A stretch of DNA of 64,000 nt from an uncultured Bdellovibrionales bacterium (GCA_964384235.1 CAYLJX010000001.1:305709-369708); one strand, 5' to 3'. Numbered from the stretch's first letter, positions 38,039 to 48,433 are shown. Numbers and translations: made by a program. Notes: generated by a model from the sequence alone, not told the origin.

Positions 38039-38548
38039 CTAACGGTCGCTCTGGAGGTATTGTTCCGTCTCACGGAGTATGCGCCGCGCGTTCTCGAAGG
38101 TCACTTTCTGGAGCGCCTCGGCGAACGGCAGCCAGACATACCCGATGTGCTCATGCGAGATCGTGACGTTCTCTTCGGTCGTCCGAGCCGGGAAAAAATG
38201 CACCTGTTTGAAGATCCAGACACCCCGCCCTTCCCGCTTCCGACGCTCGCGCTCCGTTCCCTTGGCGACATAGAAGTAACGGATGCTGGAACGCGATGAC
38301 AGCACCTCGAGAGTCGTAATCCCCGTCTCCTCAGCCGTCTCGCGACGAAGCGTCTCCTCCTCCGTCTCGCCCGCCTCGATATGTCCCTTGGCGAAATCGA
38401 AGTGTCCGCTCGGATAATGAAGGAGCAGGTACTCGCGTCCGGCTTCCGTCTCACGGAACACCACCGCTCCGACGGAAATCTCCCAAGCTACCGAGCAACC
38501 GATCGTCTTGAGAAAAAGATACAATGGTTTGAAAACGGGAAGTTTCAT
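38039..38548 (-). CDS. Nudix hydrolase (Ap4A hydrolase-like)
   Basis: KGHIEAGETEEETLRRETAEETG Nudix box and SHEH. Confidence 0.9.
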   Translation of the reverse strand: MKLPVFKPLYLFLKTIGCSVAWEISVGAVVFRETEAGREYLLLHYPSGHFDFAKGHIEAGETEEETLRRETAEETGITTLEVLSSRSSIRYFYVAKGTERERRKREGRGVWIFKQVHFFPARTTEENVTISHEHIGYVWLPFAEALQKVTFENARRILRETEQYLQSDR

Positions 38549-38686
38549 AAAGAAAGAGATTTTTTGAAAAAAGAAGCCGTTTGCAGTACTCTTCAGAGTA
38601 CGTCCATATTTCCAGAGTACACGAAAGAATCATCCTTGACAAAGTGACTTTTCGGTGTTCCAATTGAATTTCCTCACTTTCCCGTC

Positions 38687-40810
38687 ATGAAACGTCTCTC
38701 CGTCTTCCCGCAATTCATCGGTCGCTCCCTCTTCCGGGAAATCCTCTGGTTCTCGGGCCTGTTCGTTCTCGGAGTAGCCTTTGGCATCGCGAGCATCTAT
38801 CTCTGGGGCACTCCGAGCGTCGAGGGCGTCGCTTCGTTCCCCTTCAAACAGTCCTCCGTCCTCTACGACCGGACCGGTTCCATCGAACTCTACCGCCTCT
38901 ACGGCGAAGAAAACCGCACCGTGGTCGGCCATGACGCCATCCCTGCCGCCGTCCGTCTCGCCACCATCGCCTCGGAAGACGCGCACTTCTATTCGCACCA
39001 GGGTATCGATCCCCTGGCCATCCTCCGCGCGCTCAAGGTCAACCTCATGAACCAGGAGATCGAACAGGGTGCCTCGACCATCACCCAGCAGCTCACGCGA
39101 AACCTCTTCCTCACCCGGGAACGTACCCTGGGACGCAAAGTCCGCGAGATCTTCCTCGCGGTCAAGATCGACCGCTACCTCGACAAGGACACTATCCTCG
39201 ACATGTACCTGAACGCCGTCCCCTACGGCTCCAACGCCTACGGCATCCAGGCAGCCGCCGAAACCTATTTCAAAAAAGACGCCCGGAATCTCTCGATCGA
39301 CGAGAGCGCCTTCCTCGCCGCCCTTCCCAACGCCCCGACCTACTACTCCCCCTATGGCACCCACAAGGAAGAACTGCGAAGACGACAACACGACATCCTC
39401 CGCAAGATGTACGATCTCGGCCTCATCGATCGGGAGAAGTTCGACGGGGCGATCGGGACGGACACGCTCGCCAAGGTGAAACCGATCGAACGTCCGATCC
39501 GCGCCCCGCACTTCGTCTTCTATACGCTCGATACGCTCCGGGAAAAATACGGTCAGGAAGCGCTCGAGACCGGCGGGTACGCCATCTACACCACGCTCGA
39601 CCACGACCTGCAGCAGGCCGCCGAAAAAGCGGTGAAGACCGGTGCCGCCAAAAACCTCTCCCGCCGTGCCGAAAACGCCGCTCTCGTCTCGATCAACCCC
39701 AGGACCGGAGAAGTCCTCGCCATGGTCGGCTCCAAGGATTACTTCGATCCCAAAATCGACGGGCAGGTGAACGTCACCACGCGCGCCCGCCAGCCAGGCT
39801 CTTCCTTCAAACCCTTCGCCTACGCCAAGGCCTTCGAAAAGGGCTTCCAGCCGGAGACACCGCTCTATGACGTTCCGATCAACTTCGGCCCGGACGGCAG
39901 CGGCAAGGACTACATCCCCCACAACTACGACGGCAGGTATCACGGCAAAACGACGATGCGCGGCGCTCTCGCCATGTCTCTCAATATCCCGGCCGTCCAG
40001 ACACTCGCCCTGGCCGGTGTCCCGGACACCATCGAACTCGCCACCCGCCTCGGTATCACGACCCTCACCGATCCCAAACGGTACGGCCTCGCGCTCGTCC
40101 TCGGCGGTGCCGAGGTCCGCCCCCTTGATATGGCAAGTGCCTTCTCCGTCTTCAGTCAGGAGGGTGTCCGGCATGATATCCAGCCGATCTCCCGTCTCTA
40201 TGACCGCTATGGGAGAATCCTCCAGAAAAGCGACGCGGCGAGCAGTACGCGTGTCCTCGACACCGAGATCGCGAGAAAGATCAATTCCATCCTCTCCGAC
40301 AACCAGGCCCGCACCCCCATCTTCGGCCCGCGCAGTCCGCTCGCGTTCCCCAAGGGCGTGACCGTCGCCGCCAAGACCGGTACGACACAGAACTTCCGTG
40401 ACGCCTGGACGGTCGGATACACGGGATCCATCGCCGCGGCCGTCTGGGTCGGTAACAACGACAACCGCGCCATGGCGCCGGGATCGGACGGTATCTTTGT
40501 CGCCGCCCCGATCTTCCGGGAATACATGGACTATGCGCTCACGCGCTTCCCGGAAACCGGCTTCACTCCGTATACCCCCTCGGCGACCAAGTTCGCTGCC
40601 AAAGACCTCGGGGAACGACTCGGCGATATCGATGTGGACACCGTCTATATCGACAAGAAGACCGGTCGGGAAGTCTCCAAGAAAAAAGCCAAGAAACTCG
40701 GAAGTGACAAGGTGGAGAAACGTTCCGTCCTCGACCTCGACGACGATGAGGACAAACCTGGAACGGTGCGTTTCGAGGACATGCGCAAACTCTACACCCC
40801 CGCTTCCTAA
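38687..40810 (+). CDS. Class A penicillin-binding protein (transglycosylase/transpeptidase)
   Basis: EDAHFYSH, GASTITQQL, RQPGSSFKP, SLN, KTGT motifs. Confidence 0.95.
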   Translation: MKRLSVFPQFIGRSLFREILWFSGLFVLGVAFGIASIYLWGTPSVEGVASFPFKQSSVLYDRTGSIELYRLYGEENRTVVGHDAIPAAVRLATIASEDAHFYSHQGIDPLAILRALKVNLMNQEIEQGASTITQQLTRNLFLTRERTLGRKVREIFLAVKIDRYLDKDTILDMYLNAVPYGSNAYGIQAAAETYFKKDARNLSIDESAFLAALPNAPTYYSPYGTHKEELRRRQHDILRKMYDLGLIDREKFDGAIGTDTLAKVKPIERPIRAPHFVFYTLDTLREKYGQEALETGGYAIYTTLDHDLQQAAEKAVKTGAAKNLSRRAENAALVSINPRTGEVLAMVGSKDYFDPKIDGQVNVTTRARQPGSSFKPFAYAKAFEKGFQPETPLYDVPINFGPDGSGKDYIPHNYDGRYHGKTTMRGALAMSLNIPAVQTLALAGVPDTIELATRLGITTLTDPKRYGLALVLGGAEVRPLDMASAFSVFSQEGVRHDIQPISRLYDRYGRILQKSDAASSTRVLDTEIARKINSILSDNQARTPIFGPRSPLAFPKGVTVAAKTGTTQNFRDAWTVGYTGSIAAAVWVGNNDNRAMAPGSDGIFVAAPIFREYMDYALTRFPETGFTPYTPSATKFAAKDLGERLGDIDVDTVYIDKKTGREVSKKKAKKLGSDKVEKRSVLDLDDDEDKPGTVRFEDMRKLYTPAS

Positions 40811-40897
40811 AACTCGCTATAATTCCTAGCGAGCCTACAAGAGAAAGTAGGCTTTCGCTTGGGACGAGCGACGGAATTTCAAGCGCTGTAACAGCGC

Positions 40898-42151
40898 TTA
40901 TTCCTTCCGCAAGGCTTCCATCGGAGAAAGCTTGGAGGCGCGGTAGGCCGGAGCGATACCGAAGATCAGCCCGACCGCCATCGCGAAACCCGCTCCCAAA
41001 AGAAGCGAGTCCGGCGTCACCCGAAGCGTCAAAACAAAACCCATCGCGTCAAAAACAACGCTCGCCCCGAACGCTAACAGTATCCCCAGGAGAATGCCGA
41101 TGAGACCGCCCAAAAGCGTGATGATCAACGCCTCAAAGAGGAATTGCCGAAGCACGCTCGCGGACGTCGCGCCTACCGCCTTGCGCAGGCCGATTTCCGA
41201 CGTGCGCTCCGACACCGAGACGTACATGACGTTCATGATACCGACCCCGCCGACGACCAGTGATATCGACGTGAGCGCGAGGAGAAGGATCGTCATAGCC
41301 CCGAGCACGTCATCGAGCGTCGCCTGAGCCTCCTTGATCGACGTCACCGAGAAGTCGTCCTTGTCCGGATCGTCGATGTCATGCCGCTTGCGAAGGAGCG
41401 CGATGATATCCGCGACCGTCTGCGCTTCCAAGGAAGGATCTTTCATCTTGGCGGAGATCATCTGGACATAGTCGACGCCGAGGATCTTCTTTTCGAGCGT
41501 CTTCACCGGCACATAGGTGAAGGTGTCGAGGTCGATGAACCCGGCCGCTCCGCGCGATTCGAGCACGCCGATGACCCGGTACTTCTCACCCTTGATTGTG
41601 ACGGATTCCCCGACTGCTCCGCCACTTCCGAAAAACGTCTCCTTGGTATCCGATCCGAGCACTGCCACCCGCGCGAGATTCTCGTTTTCCTCTTCCGTGA
41701 AAAACCGTCCCGCAGAAAGTTTCAGTTTGTCATCGGCGAGCGGCGCCTCCGCTCCCGATCCGAAAAGCATGATGCGCTTGCCCGTCGAACCGTATGTGGC
41801 CCGCTCCTGCCCGATGGTCCCGGCATAAGCCGCCTCGACATTCGGAAGCTTCCTGATGGCGTCCCGATCATCGTCGGTGAGCGTCGTGATCTGCGTCCCC
41901 ATCGCCCTTGATGTCGCGTTTTCCGAAGACATCTTGCCCGATCCGGGGATCTTGACTTCGATCTGGATGAGATCGGTGCCGAAGCTCTCCACCTGCCCGC
42001 GCACAAATCCCTTGACCCCCTCGCCGAGCACCGTCACCATGACGACCGCGAACACCCCGATGACCACGCCGAGCAAAGCCAAAGCCGTCCGTGCCTTATG
42101 CGTACGGATGGTCTTTAAAGCAAAGAAAAGCGAGACGAACGCATGGTGCAT
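40898..42151 (-). CDS. MacB/FtsX-like ABC transporter permease
   Basis: ISLVVGGVGIMNVMYVSVSERTSEIGLRKAVGA and PMEALR motifs. Confidence 0.92.
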   Translation of the reverse strand: MHHAFVSLFFALKTIRTHKARTALALLGVVIGVFAVVMVTVLGEGVKGFVRGQVESFGTDLIQIEVKIPGSGKMSSENATSRAMGTQITTLTDDDRDAIRKLPNVEAAYAGTIGQERATYGSTGKRIMLFGSGAEAPLADDKLKLSAGRFFTEEENENLARVAVLGSDTKETFFGSGGAVGESVTIKGEKYRVIGVLESRGAAGFIDLDTFTYVPVKTLEKKILGVDYVQMISAKMKDPSLEAQTVADIIALLRKRHDIDDPDKDDFSVTSIKEAQATLDDVLGAMTILLLALTSISLVVGGVGIMNVMYVSVSERTSEIGLRKAVGATSASVLRQFLFEALIITLLGGLIGILLGILLAFGASVVFDAMGFVLTLRVTPDSLLLGAGFAMAVGLIFGIAPAYRASKLSPMEALRKE

Positions 42152-42166
42152 AGGGAAAAAGACAGC

Positions 42167-43066
42167 TTAAGATCCAGGCGCGGAAGAAGGACGGTTCTCA
42201 GCGACGTGCCTGGCCCTCATCTTCTTCCACTGGGGTATGATATTCCGAACGACGATGCGGACGACGATAAGCAGGGAAACGATCGCGACCGAACCGATAT
42301 ACAAAGCCCGCATCCACCATTCGCCGGAATCCGTTCCTGAAAAGAAACCGTGCAGGACGAAAAGCGGGTAGGCGACAAAGCTTCCGTAGTGGATCGCACG
42401 CCACACCCTGATAGGCATCTTGGAGCGGATTTCTGACGTGAAGATGAGAATGAGGACAAGATAGAACGCGATGATACCGAGACCGACGGATCCGGTCAGA
42501 TCGTATCCCATTGCCGCCCGAAACGGCCGCTCCAATACGAAGGGGACAAGCGCTTCCACAAGGCGCAACCGGAAGAAACCATCAAAGAAAAAACTTCCCA
42601 GGTGAAGCAGAATGGTACCGAGCGCCAAAAACGAAAGAAAGCGATGGACTTCCAAGGCAAGCGCTCCGGAAACATAACGAAGGAAAGCGCGGGAACTGAT
42701 GATAAGGCCGTGCACGACAATGAACGTCAGGAGAACAAAGGAGAGAATCCCGGTCGCCCGACCGAAATACCAGACTGTTTTTTGCGGTTCACCGAGGATC
42801 CCGGGATCCGGCCGCTGTAATTCCAAGAGACGGGAGCTTTCAGGATCCAAAGGGTTGGTGCTCTCACGGATCTCCTCTCCATCGCCGATACCATCGCCAT
42901 CCGTATCAAAAAGCGTCGGGTCGGTCCCATAAATCCGAACCTCGCTCTCGTCAGTCAAGCCATCCACGTCGTTATCCTTGACAGCCGCATGGACAGACGG
43001 CGAAAAAACCGCCAACAGAACGGTTCCCCAGGCAAGTATTATCGATACAAGGATACGGTTTCTCAT
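42167..43066 (-). CDS. Ferric reductase-like transmembrane protein (MsrQ-like) with N-terminal TSP3-like Ca-binding repeats
   Basis: Signal peptide, DNDVDGLTD and DTDGDGIGDGEE, then TM helices with four His (VHRF, LHL, AIHY, LHG). Confidence 0.82.
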   Translation of the reverse strand: MRNRILVSIILAWGTVLLAVFSPSVHAAVKDNDVDGLTDESEVRIYGTDPTLFDTDGDGIGDGEEIRESTNPLDPESSRLLELQRPDPGILGEPQKTVWYFGRATGILSFVLLTFIVVHGLIISSRAFLRYVSGALALEVHRFLSFLALGTILLHLGSFFFDGFFRLRLVEALVPFVLERPFRAAMGYDLTGSVGLGIIAFYLVLILIFTSEIRSKMPIRVWRAIHYGSFVAYPLFVLHGFFSGTDSGEWWMRALYIGSVAIVSLLIVVRIVVRNIIPQWKKMRARHVAENRPSSAPGS

Positions 43067-43094
43067 GACGGATCATTTTTAGGAGATATGCACA

Positions 43095-44054
43095 CTATTT
43101 CCCCTTCCAGAGGTATCGGGCAAAAGCGTCGCTTACCGTTATTGTACCATCTTTCCCTATGAAATAAGCGGCCAGGCCGTTTGCTTGGGCAAACTTCAGT
43201 CCTCGTTCCCTATCCAGAAGGAGGAGCGTCTTGGCATACACATCGGCTTCCGTAGCATGCGCTCCCACCACCGTGACGGAGAGTACGCCGCTGCGCGTGC
43301 TTTTCATGGTAATCGGATCGATCAGGTGCGACTTCTCCTCACCGGCAATATGCCAGATACGGCGGTTGGTCCCGGACGTCGCGACGCTTCGATCCGACAG
43401 AAGAAGCGTGTCAACGGAACGCGCCTTATTGTGCGCATCCTCGATATCGATCGCCCACCACCGGTACCCATGCCCGAGATCCTCTCCGGACACATACATG
43501 TCTCCGCCGGCATCGACGATAAAATGCCGGTATTTCCGCTTGAGAAAATCTGTAATCTGATCAACGATATATCCCTTGCCGATGCCGCCGAAATCGATAC
43601 GAAGCGCGAGCGGTTTCCGTACATGGAAGTCCGGAGCCAGTACGACATCCCTGAACGTATGCCGCGGTGCCGAAAACGCCGCCGCCCTACCTGCCGATGA
43701 GACATGCGTATGTCTCGGGTCAAAGCTCTCACTATACCCCTCCCGTTCCAGGATTGGCAACACGGCCGGATCAAAGATTCCGCCTGTCTTCTCATGGTAG
43801 AACCGACACGTCTCCAAAAGCTCGAAACATTCCGGGGACACCTGCATGTCTTCGGAAGCATTCAACCGGCAGAGCTCGCTTTCCTCTCGGAATCGACTGA
43901 ACCGTTCCGAAAAATCACGAAACATCCGAAAACACGTATCGAGATCGGATTCCATCTCGTCCGCTTCATGAGAAGAGGAAAAGACCCGCACGAAAACATC
44001 CGTCTTCATGATTTCCCCCTTGACCTCCCTGGTAGCGGACTTCAGTGGCTGCAT
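43095..44054 (-). CDS. apbE: FAD:protein FMN transferase
   Basis: SRFREESEL, IDFGGIGKGY, DAGGD, ATSG, HLIDP, ADVYAK motifs. No obvious signal peptide. Confidence 0.92.
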   Translation of the reverse strand: MQPLKSATREVKGEIMKTDVFVRVFSSSHEADEMESDLDTCFRMFRDFSERFSRFREESELCRLNASEDMQVSPECFELLETCRFYHEKTGGIFDPAVLPILEREGYSESFDPRHTHVSSAGRAAAFSAPRHTFRDVVLAPDFHVRKPLALRIDFGGIGKGYIVDQITDFLKRKYRHFIVDAGGDMYVSGEDLGHGYRWWAIDIEDAHNKARSVDTLLLSDRSVATSGTNRRIWHIAGEEKSHLIDPITMKSTRSGVLSVTVVGAHATEADVYAKTLLLLDRERGLKFAQANGLAAYFIGKDGTITVSDAFARYLWKGK

Positions 44055-44069
44055 ACGATCGGGACGATA

Positions 44070-44522
44070 TCACTGTCCGGTATCCACCAGTCCGTCAAGA
44101 TCGCCGTCAAAAAAATCAAGATAGGCGAAGTCGTCTTCGCCGGGATATTTATCGGAAACATCGGGAATGCTGTCCCCGTCGGTATCGGTAAAGTATTCCC
44201 ACTGAGGCACCTTCGGATCCGGATCAAGAGCATCGACCAACTGATCGCTGTCAGTATCGGTATCATAGCCCGCTGCCGTGACGATGACCTGCACCGGGAC
44301 CCGCTCCATGACCGTTATGGTCCTGGTTTCTTCCGTGACAGATGCCTCCTCTTCATCGTCATCCGATGATTGTCGATCATCCTCGGATTCCTCTTCAGAT
44401 TCTTCATCTTCTTCAGCCGAAGCAAACAGGAAGCCGTTCGTCACGTCCCAGGAAAACAGGGCCAGCGATCCAAAGGATGCGCTTCCGACAAACAGAGTGA
44501 GAAAAAGCATCCTGCGTACCAT
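44070..44522 (-). CDS. Secreted acidic protein with TSP3-like DxDxD repeats
   Basis: Hydrophobic N-terminus, Glu/Asp tract, DTDSDQLVD, DTDGDSIPD, DGDLDGLVD. Confidence 0.75.
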   Translation of the reverse strand: MVRRMLFLTLFVGSASFGSLALFSWDVTNGFLFASAEEDEESEEESEDDRQSSDDDEEEASVTEETRTITVMERVPVQVIVTAAGYDTDTDSDQLVDALDPDPKVPQWEYFTDTDGDSIPDVSDKYPGEDDFAYLDFFDGDLDGLVDTGQ

Positions 44523-44525
44523 ATC

Positions 44526-44906
44526 CTAAGAAGTTTTCGTCTTGCGCGTACTGGTCGGTTTCGTGACCTGTACGGTTTCCGTCTTCGTGACCGGCCGTTC
44601 CACGATCTTGGTCACGGTCTTTTGGTTCGCCTTTATCGCATCCGGCTGTTTTTTCAAGAGAGCGTCATACTCCGCCTTTGATCGCTCCATCTCCGCCTGA
44701 TACTCGGCTCTTTTCGAGGCTACCTGGTCGAAATATTCTTTCCTCGCCTGATCGCTTTCCTTGAGGGCCTGCAGATACTCCGATTTCTGCCGGTCTGCTT
44801 TCGCAAAACGATCCTGTTCATCGGTATAGAGCACCAGGAACAGCGATCCGCCCATCCCGAGAATCACAAACAGTATTATGATGACACGTATTTTTGTCTT
44901 ATCCAT
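44526..44906 (-). CDS. Membrane-anchored coiled-coil protein with Thr-rich C-terminus
   Basis: One N-terminal TM, helical middle, ending PTSTRKTKTS. Confidence 0.75.
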   Translation of the reverse strand: MDKTKIRVIIILFVILGMGGSLFLVLYTDEQDRFAKADRQKSEYLQALKESDQARKEYFDQVASKRAEYQAEMERSKAEYDALLKKQPDAIKANQKTVTKIVERPVTKTETVQVTKPTSTRKTKTS

Positions 44907-44953
44907 AGGCTTCCAGTATACCTGAAATCAGCAATCATGGCGAGACCTCTTTA

Positions 44954-46195
44954 TCATTCATACCGGAGTGCCTCCATCGGACTGACTTTCGACGCCTTGA
45001 GCGCCGGATAGAGACCGAAAACGAACCCGATACAGAGCGAGACGAAAAACCCGAGAGCAAGCGAGGAAGGTGGAACGATGAACCGCCATTCGTAGCCGAG
45101 GGTCGGAATGATGAGCGACGCGAGATAGATGACCCCGATACCGAGGACGATGCCGATAAGACCACCGATGAGCGTGATGACCGCCGACTCGAGGAGAAAC
45201 TGCGTGATGATGTGCCGCGACCGGGCACCGACCGCTTTGCGCAGACCGATCTCACGGATCCGCTGCGACACGGAGATGAGCATCGAGTTCATGATCCCGA
45301 TGCCGCCGACCAAAAGCGAGATGGACGCGATGGCCGAGAGAAAGTACTTGAGCACGTCTGTCACGGCCGTCAGTGTCCCCAGCGCCGCCTTGGTACTCCG
45401 GACAGAGAAGTCAGACTCTTCGCCCTCCTCGAGGTTATGGCGCTTGCGAAGGAGCGTCGCGACATCCGCGAGAGTATGTTCTATATTCTCTACCGCATCC
45501 ACCTTGCCGCGCGCGAAGTTGAGATAGTCGATCCCGAGAAGGAGCTTCTGAGCCGTTTCCAACGGGACATACACGAGCACATCAGGATTGGAGAACGCCG
45601 CGGAACCGCGCTCTTCGAGCACGCCCACCACCTTGAAAGGGATATCTTTGAGCGTCACGGTCTCACCGAGAGGACTACGGTCCGGAAAGAGGTCTTTGGA
45701 CCGCGACGATCCCAGGACGATCACCCGGGAGAGATCGCTCTCCTCTTCCGGAAAGAAGAATCTCCCCTCCGCGACACGGATCTCTTCCACTTCGATCATC
45801 TCCGGCGACACGCCCTGAAAACTCACTTCGAACGAATCCGTAGGTGACTCCGCGGTCGCGCTCCCCGTCACGTATCCCGAGACTGCCTTGAGGTGCGGGA
45901 CATTGCGCCGCTCCCGGAGCGCTTTCAGATCGTCGTTCTTGAAGGTCGTGGTGACGATACCGAGAGCCGATGCCGGCGCCCCTTTTTCCTCGGATGCGCC
46001 AGGAAGGATCCCGACCAGGTTCGATCCCACTTTTTCCACCTGTGAGAGCACCAATTGTTGCGCCGACGCCCCGATCCCCATCACCATGATGACGGCCGCC
46101 ACCCCGATGACGACGCCAAGCACGGTCAGAAAGAACCGCAATTTCGACGCGGCAAGCGCCCGGTAAGAAATCTTGAAAGGATCGGAAAGCTTCAT
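44954..46195 (-). CDS. MacB/FtsX-like ABC transporter permease
   Basis: ISLLVGGIGIMNSMLISVSQRIREIGLRKAVGA and PMEALRYE motifs. Confidence 0.92.
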   Translation of the reverse strand: MKLSDPFKISYRALAASKLRFFLTVLGVVIGVAAVIMVMGIGASAQQLVLSQVEKVGSNLVGILPGASEEKGAPASALGIVTTTFKNDDLKALRERRNVPHLKAVSGYVTGSATAESPTDSFEVSFQGVSPEMIEVEEIRVAEGRFFFPEEESDLSRVIVLGSSRSKDLFPDRSPLGETVTLKDIPFKVVGVLEERGSAAFSNPDVLVYVPLETAQKLLLGIDYLNFARGKVDAVENIEHTLADVATLLRKRHNLEEGEESDFSVRSTKAALGTLTAVTDVLKYFLSAIASISLLVGGIGIMNSMLISVSQRIREIGLRKAVGARSRHIITQFLLESAVITLIGGLIGIVLGIGVIYLASLIIPTLGYEWRFIVPPSSLALGFFVSLCIGFVFGLYPALKASKVSPMEALRYE

Positions 46196-46196
46196 G

Positions 46197-46919
46197 CTAT
46201 TTCAAAAGTTCGTTTTCGCCGTCCGCGATACGCCGATTTCGGACCGGTTCGTCCGCGACGATCTGTCCGTCCTTCATGCGGAGGATCCGTTTGGCATGCT
46301 CGGCGGTATAGGTCTCATGTGTGACCAGGATGATCGTATGCCCCCTATCGTTGAGTCGCTGGAGGATACGCATCACCTGGAGTCCGGCCTTGGAATCAAG
46401 GTTGCCGGTCGGCTCGTCCGCGAAGATGATTTCCGGGTCGTTTACCAAGGCACGCGCGATGGCGACGCGCTGTTTCTCGCCGCCGGAAAGCTGCCCGGAG
46501 AGGTATCCGGTCCGGTGTGAGAGATCGACCGCCTCGAGCGCAGCCCGGACCTTCGCGTCGTTGTTCTCGACGTGATGCTCGTCATAGAGGAGTGGGAGTT
46601 CGACGTTCTCAAAGACGCTCGTCTTCGGCAGCAGATTGAACGCCTGAAAGACGAAACCGATCTTTTTGTTGCGAAGTCTCGCCAACTCGTCATCGGAAAA
46701 TCCGGAAACTTCCCTGCCATCGAGAAGGTAGGTGCCCCCGGTCGATCGGTCCAAGAGACCCAAGATCTGCATCAAGGTCGATTTTCCCGATCCGGAGGGT
46801 CCCATGATGGAGACGAACTCGCCTTTGGCGATATCGAAACTCGCATCGGAGAGGGCTTTCGTTTCTACGCCTTCATTGGCATATGTCTTGGAAAGATGTC
46901 TGACAGAAATAAGCGCCAT
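46197..46919 (-). CDS. ABC transporter ATP-binding protein (MacB/LolD-like)
   Basis: GPSGSGKST, LSGGEKQRVAIARAL, ADEPTGNLD. Start at MALISV. Confidence 0.93.
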   Translation of the reverse strand: MALISVRHLSKTYANEGVETKALSDASFDIAKGEFVSIMGPSGSGKSTLMQILGLLDRSTGGTYLLDGREVSGFSDDELARLRNKKIGFVFQAFNLLPKTSVFENVELPLLYDEHHVENNDAKVRAALEAVDLSHRTGYLSGQLSGGEKQRVAIARALVNDPEIIFADEPTGNLDSKAGLQVMRILQRLNDRGHTIILVTHETYTAEHAKRILRMKDGQIVADEPVRNRRIADGENELLK

Positions 46920-46920
46920 A

Positions 46921-47916
46921 TCACTTCTGTGGAGCGATAATACCGACTTGATCGCCTTCACTAAGACCTGAAACGATCTCAACCAAGCCATCATCGCCTT
47001 CCAGTCCGGTCTTCACTTCGACGCGCTTGAGCGTGCCGTCAGTCTGCTTCACGTCCGCGAACGATTTTCCGCCTTCTTTCACGACCGCCCGGAACGGGAG
47101 AACCGACACGTTCTCACGCTTCTTCGTCGCGATATCGACATTGGCTGTCATTCCCTCCTTGAGACGGCTGTCGGTATCTTTCAGACGGAACTTCACGACA
47201 TACGAAACGACATCCTGCACCACGGTCGCTCCCCGATCGATTTCCGCCACCTCCGCTTCGAAGACATCGGCGGTCGAGAGCGCATCGAACGTCACGGAGG
47301 CCGTCATGCCGGATACGACCTTGGCGATATCGGATTCAGGGACGCGTGCCTCGATAATAAGATCGCCCTCGCTCACCCGAGCCACGACCTTGCCGAGAGC
47401 GGACGTTTCCCCGACACGGATGTCCGCTTGGGAAACTACCCCAGCCATCGGCGAGACGATGATGCTTTCGTCCATCTGCGCGACGATCGAACGGACCCGT
47501 TCTCTTGCCTGCTCCGATGCCAGTTTCTTGGCCGCGCGTTCTTCTTCCTCATTTGTCTTGCTCTTCTTCCGGGCAAGCCGCTCTTCTTCGACAGCGATGG
47601 CCGCGGCGACCCGGGCCTGATTGAGTTCGGTCTGCAGCACTACGCGGTCAAGAGAGGCGATCTTTTGTCCCGCCCCAACCCGTTCCCCCTCCGTCACGTA
47701 TACGTGATCCACCACCCCGATCTTCTGAAAGGAAAGATCGGCATACTCGGTCGGTACGAGTTCGCCCGTCACCGAAACCGTTTCCGCCACCGTCCCGCGC
47801 CGGACCGTTTCCGTCTGATAGGTCGGCTGTGCGGGAGTCTGCTGCCACCGATAGAGACCTATTGCTACGAGAGCAAGGACAACAACCGTCAGAATGATTT
47901 TTGTTTTTCGAGACAT
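46921..47916 (-). CDS. Efflux RND/MacA-type periplasmic adaptor subunit
   Basis: N-terminal TM, lipoyl-like halves, LKEGMTANV, VKTGL, GLSEGD. Start at MSRKTK. Confidence 0.9.
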   Translation of the reverse strand: MSRKTKIILTVVVLALVAIGLYRWQQTPAQPTYQTETVRRGTVAETVSVTGELVPTEYADLSFQKIGVVDHVYVTEGERVGAGQKIASLDRVVLQTELNQARVAAAIAVEEERLARKKSKTNEEEERAAKKLASEQARERVRSIVAQMDESIIVSPMAGVVSQADIRVGETSALGKVVARVSEGDLIIEARVPESDIAKVVSGMTASVTFDALSTADVFEAEVAEIDRGATVVQDVVSYVVKFRLKDTDSRLKEGMTANVDIATKKRENVSVLPFRAVVKEGGKSFADVKQTDGTLKRVEVKTGLEGDDGLVEIVSGLSEGDQVGIIAPQK

Positions 47917-47921
47917 ATTTG

Positions 47922-48350
47922 CTAAAAGAATTTCGTTTGTTTTTCCGCCTCGTCCATGGCCTTGTTCGCCTCCGCATCCGCCACGGTATTCTGTTCGCGC
48001 GGCACATGGACGAACCGCACCTCGCCGAAATCGAGCATCAGATTCCAGACAGCGAAGAAAAGCTTCTGGATATGTTCCTTTTCCACCTTGTACTGATGGG
48101 TGAGCTGCTTCATGGCGAGTTCCGAATCCATCCGACATTCCACCGCCGTCTGTTTGGCACGCTCCTTGCCGATGAGGGATTTGATCTTCTTGAGACCCGC
48201 CGCGATGGCCATGTATTCGGCCTCGTTATTCGTCTTCTCGCCCAAAAATTCCCCGAACCGCTTGTCGAGCGTCTCGATATATACTCCCAAAGCGGCCGGA
48301 CCGGGATTGCCGCGCGATCCGCCGTCACTGTACATCACGATTTTTTCCAT
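47922..48350 (-). CDS. rnhA: Ribonuclease HI family protein
   Basis: SDGGSRGNPGPA, TNNEAEY, DSEL, HVPREQN..AD motifs. Confidence 0.93.
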   Translation of the reverse strand: MEKIVMYSDGGSRGNPGPAALGVYIETLDKRFGEFLGEKTNNEAEYMAIAAGLKKIKSLIGKERAKQTAVECRMDSELAMKQLTHQYKVEKEHIQKLFFAVWNLMLDFGEVRFVHVPREQNTVADAEANKAMDEAEKQTKFF

Positions 48351-48433
48351 ACTGAATATCAAAAAATCCGAAAGATTTCCCTTCCATGATACCACAAAAA
48401 ACAAGGGTTGCTCAGACATTCATCCAAACAACC

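Noticed and set aside
40820-40880. Hairpin AGCCTAC...GTAGGCT between convergent PBP and permease genes
   Set aside because: Probably an ordinary terminator-like or small repeat structure. It has no clear U-tract and no second copy in the window.
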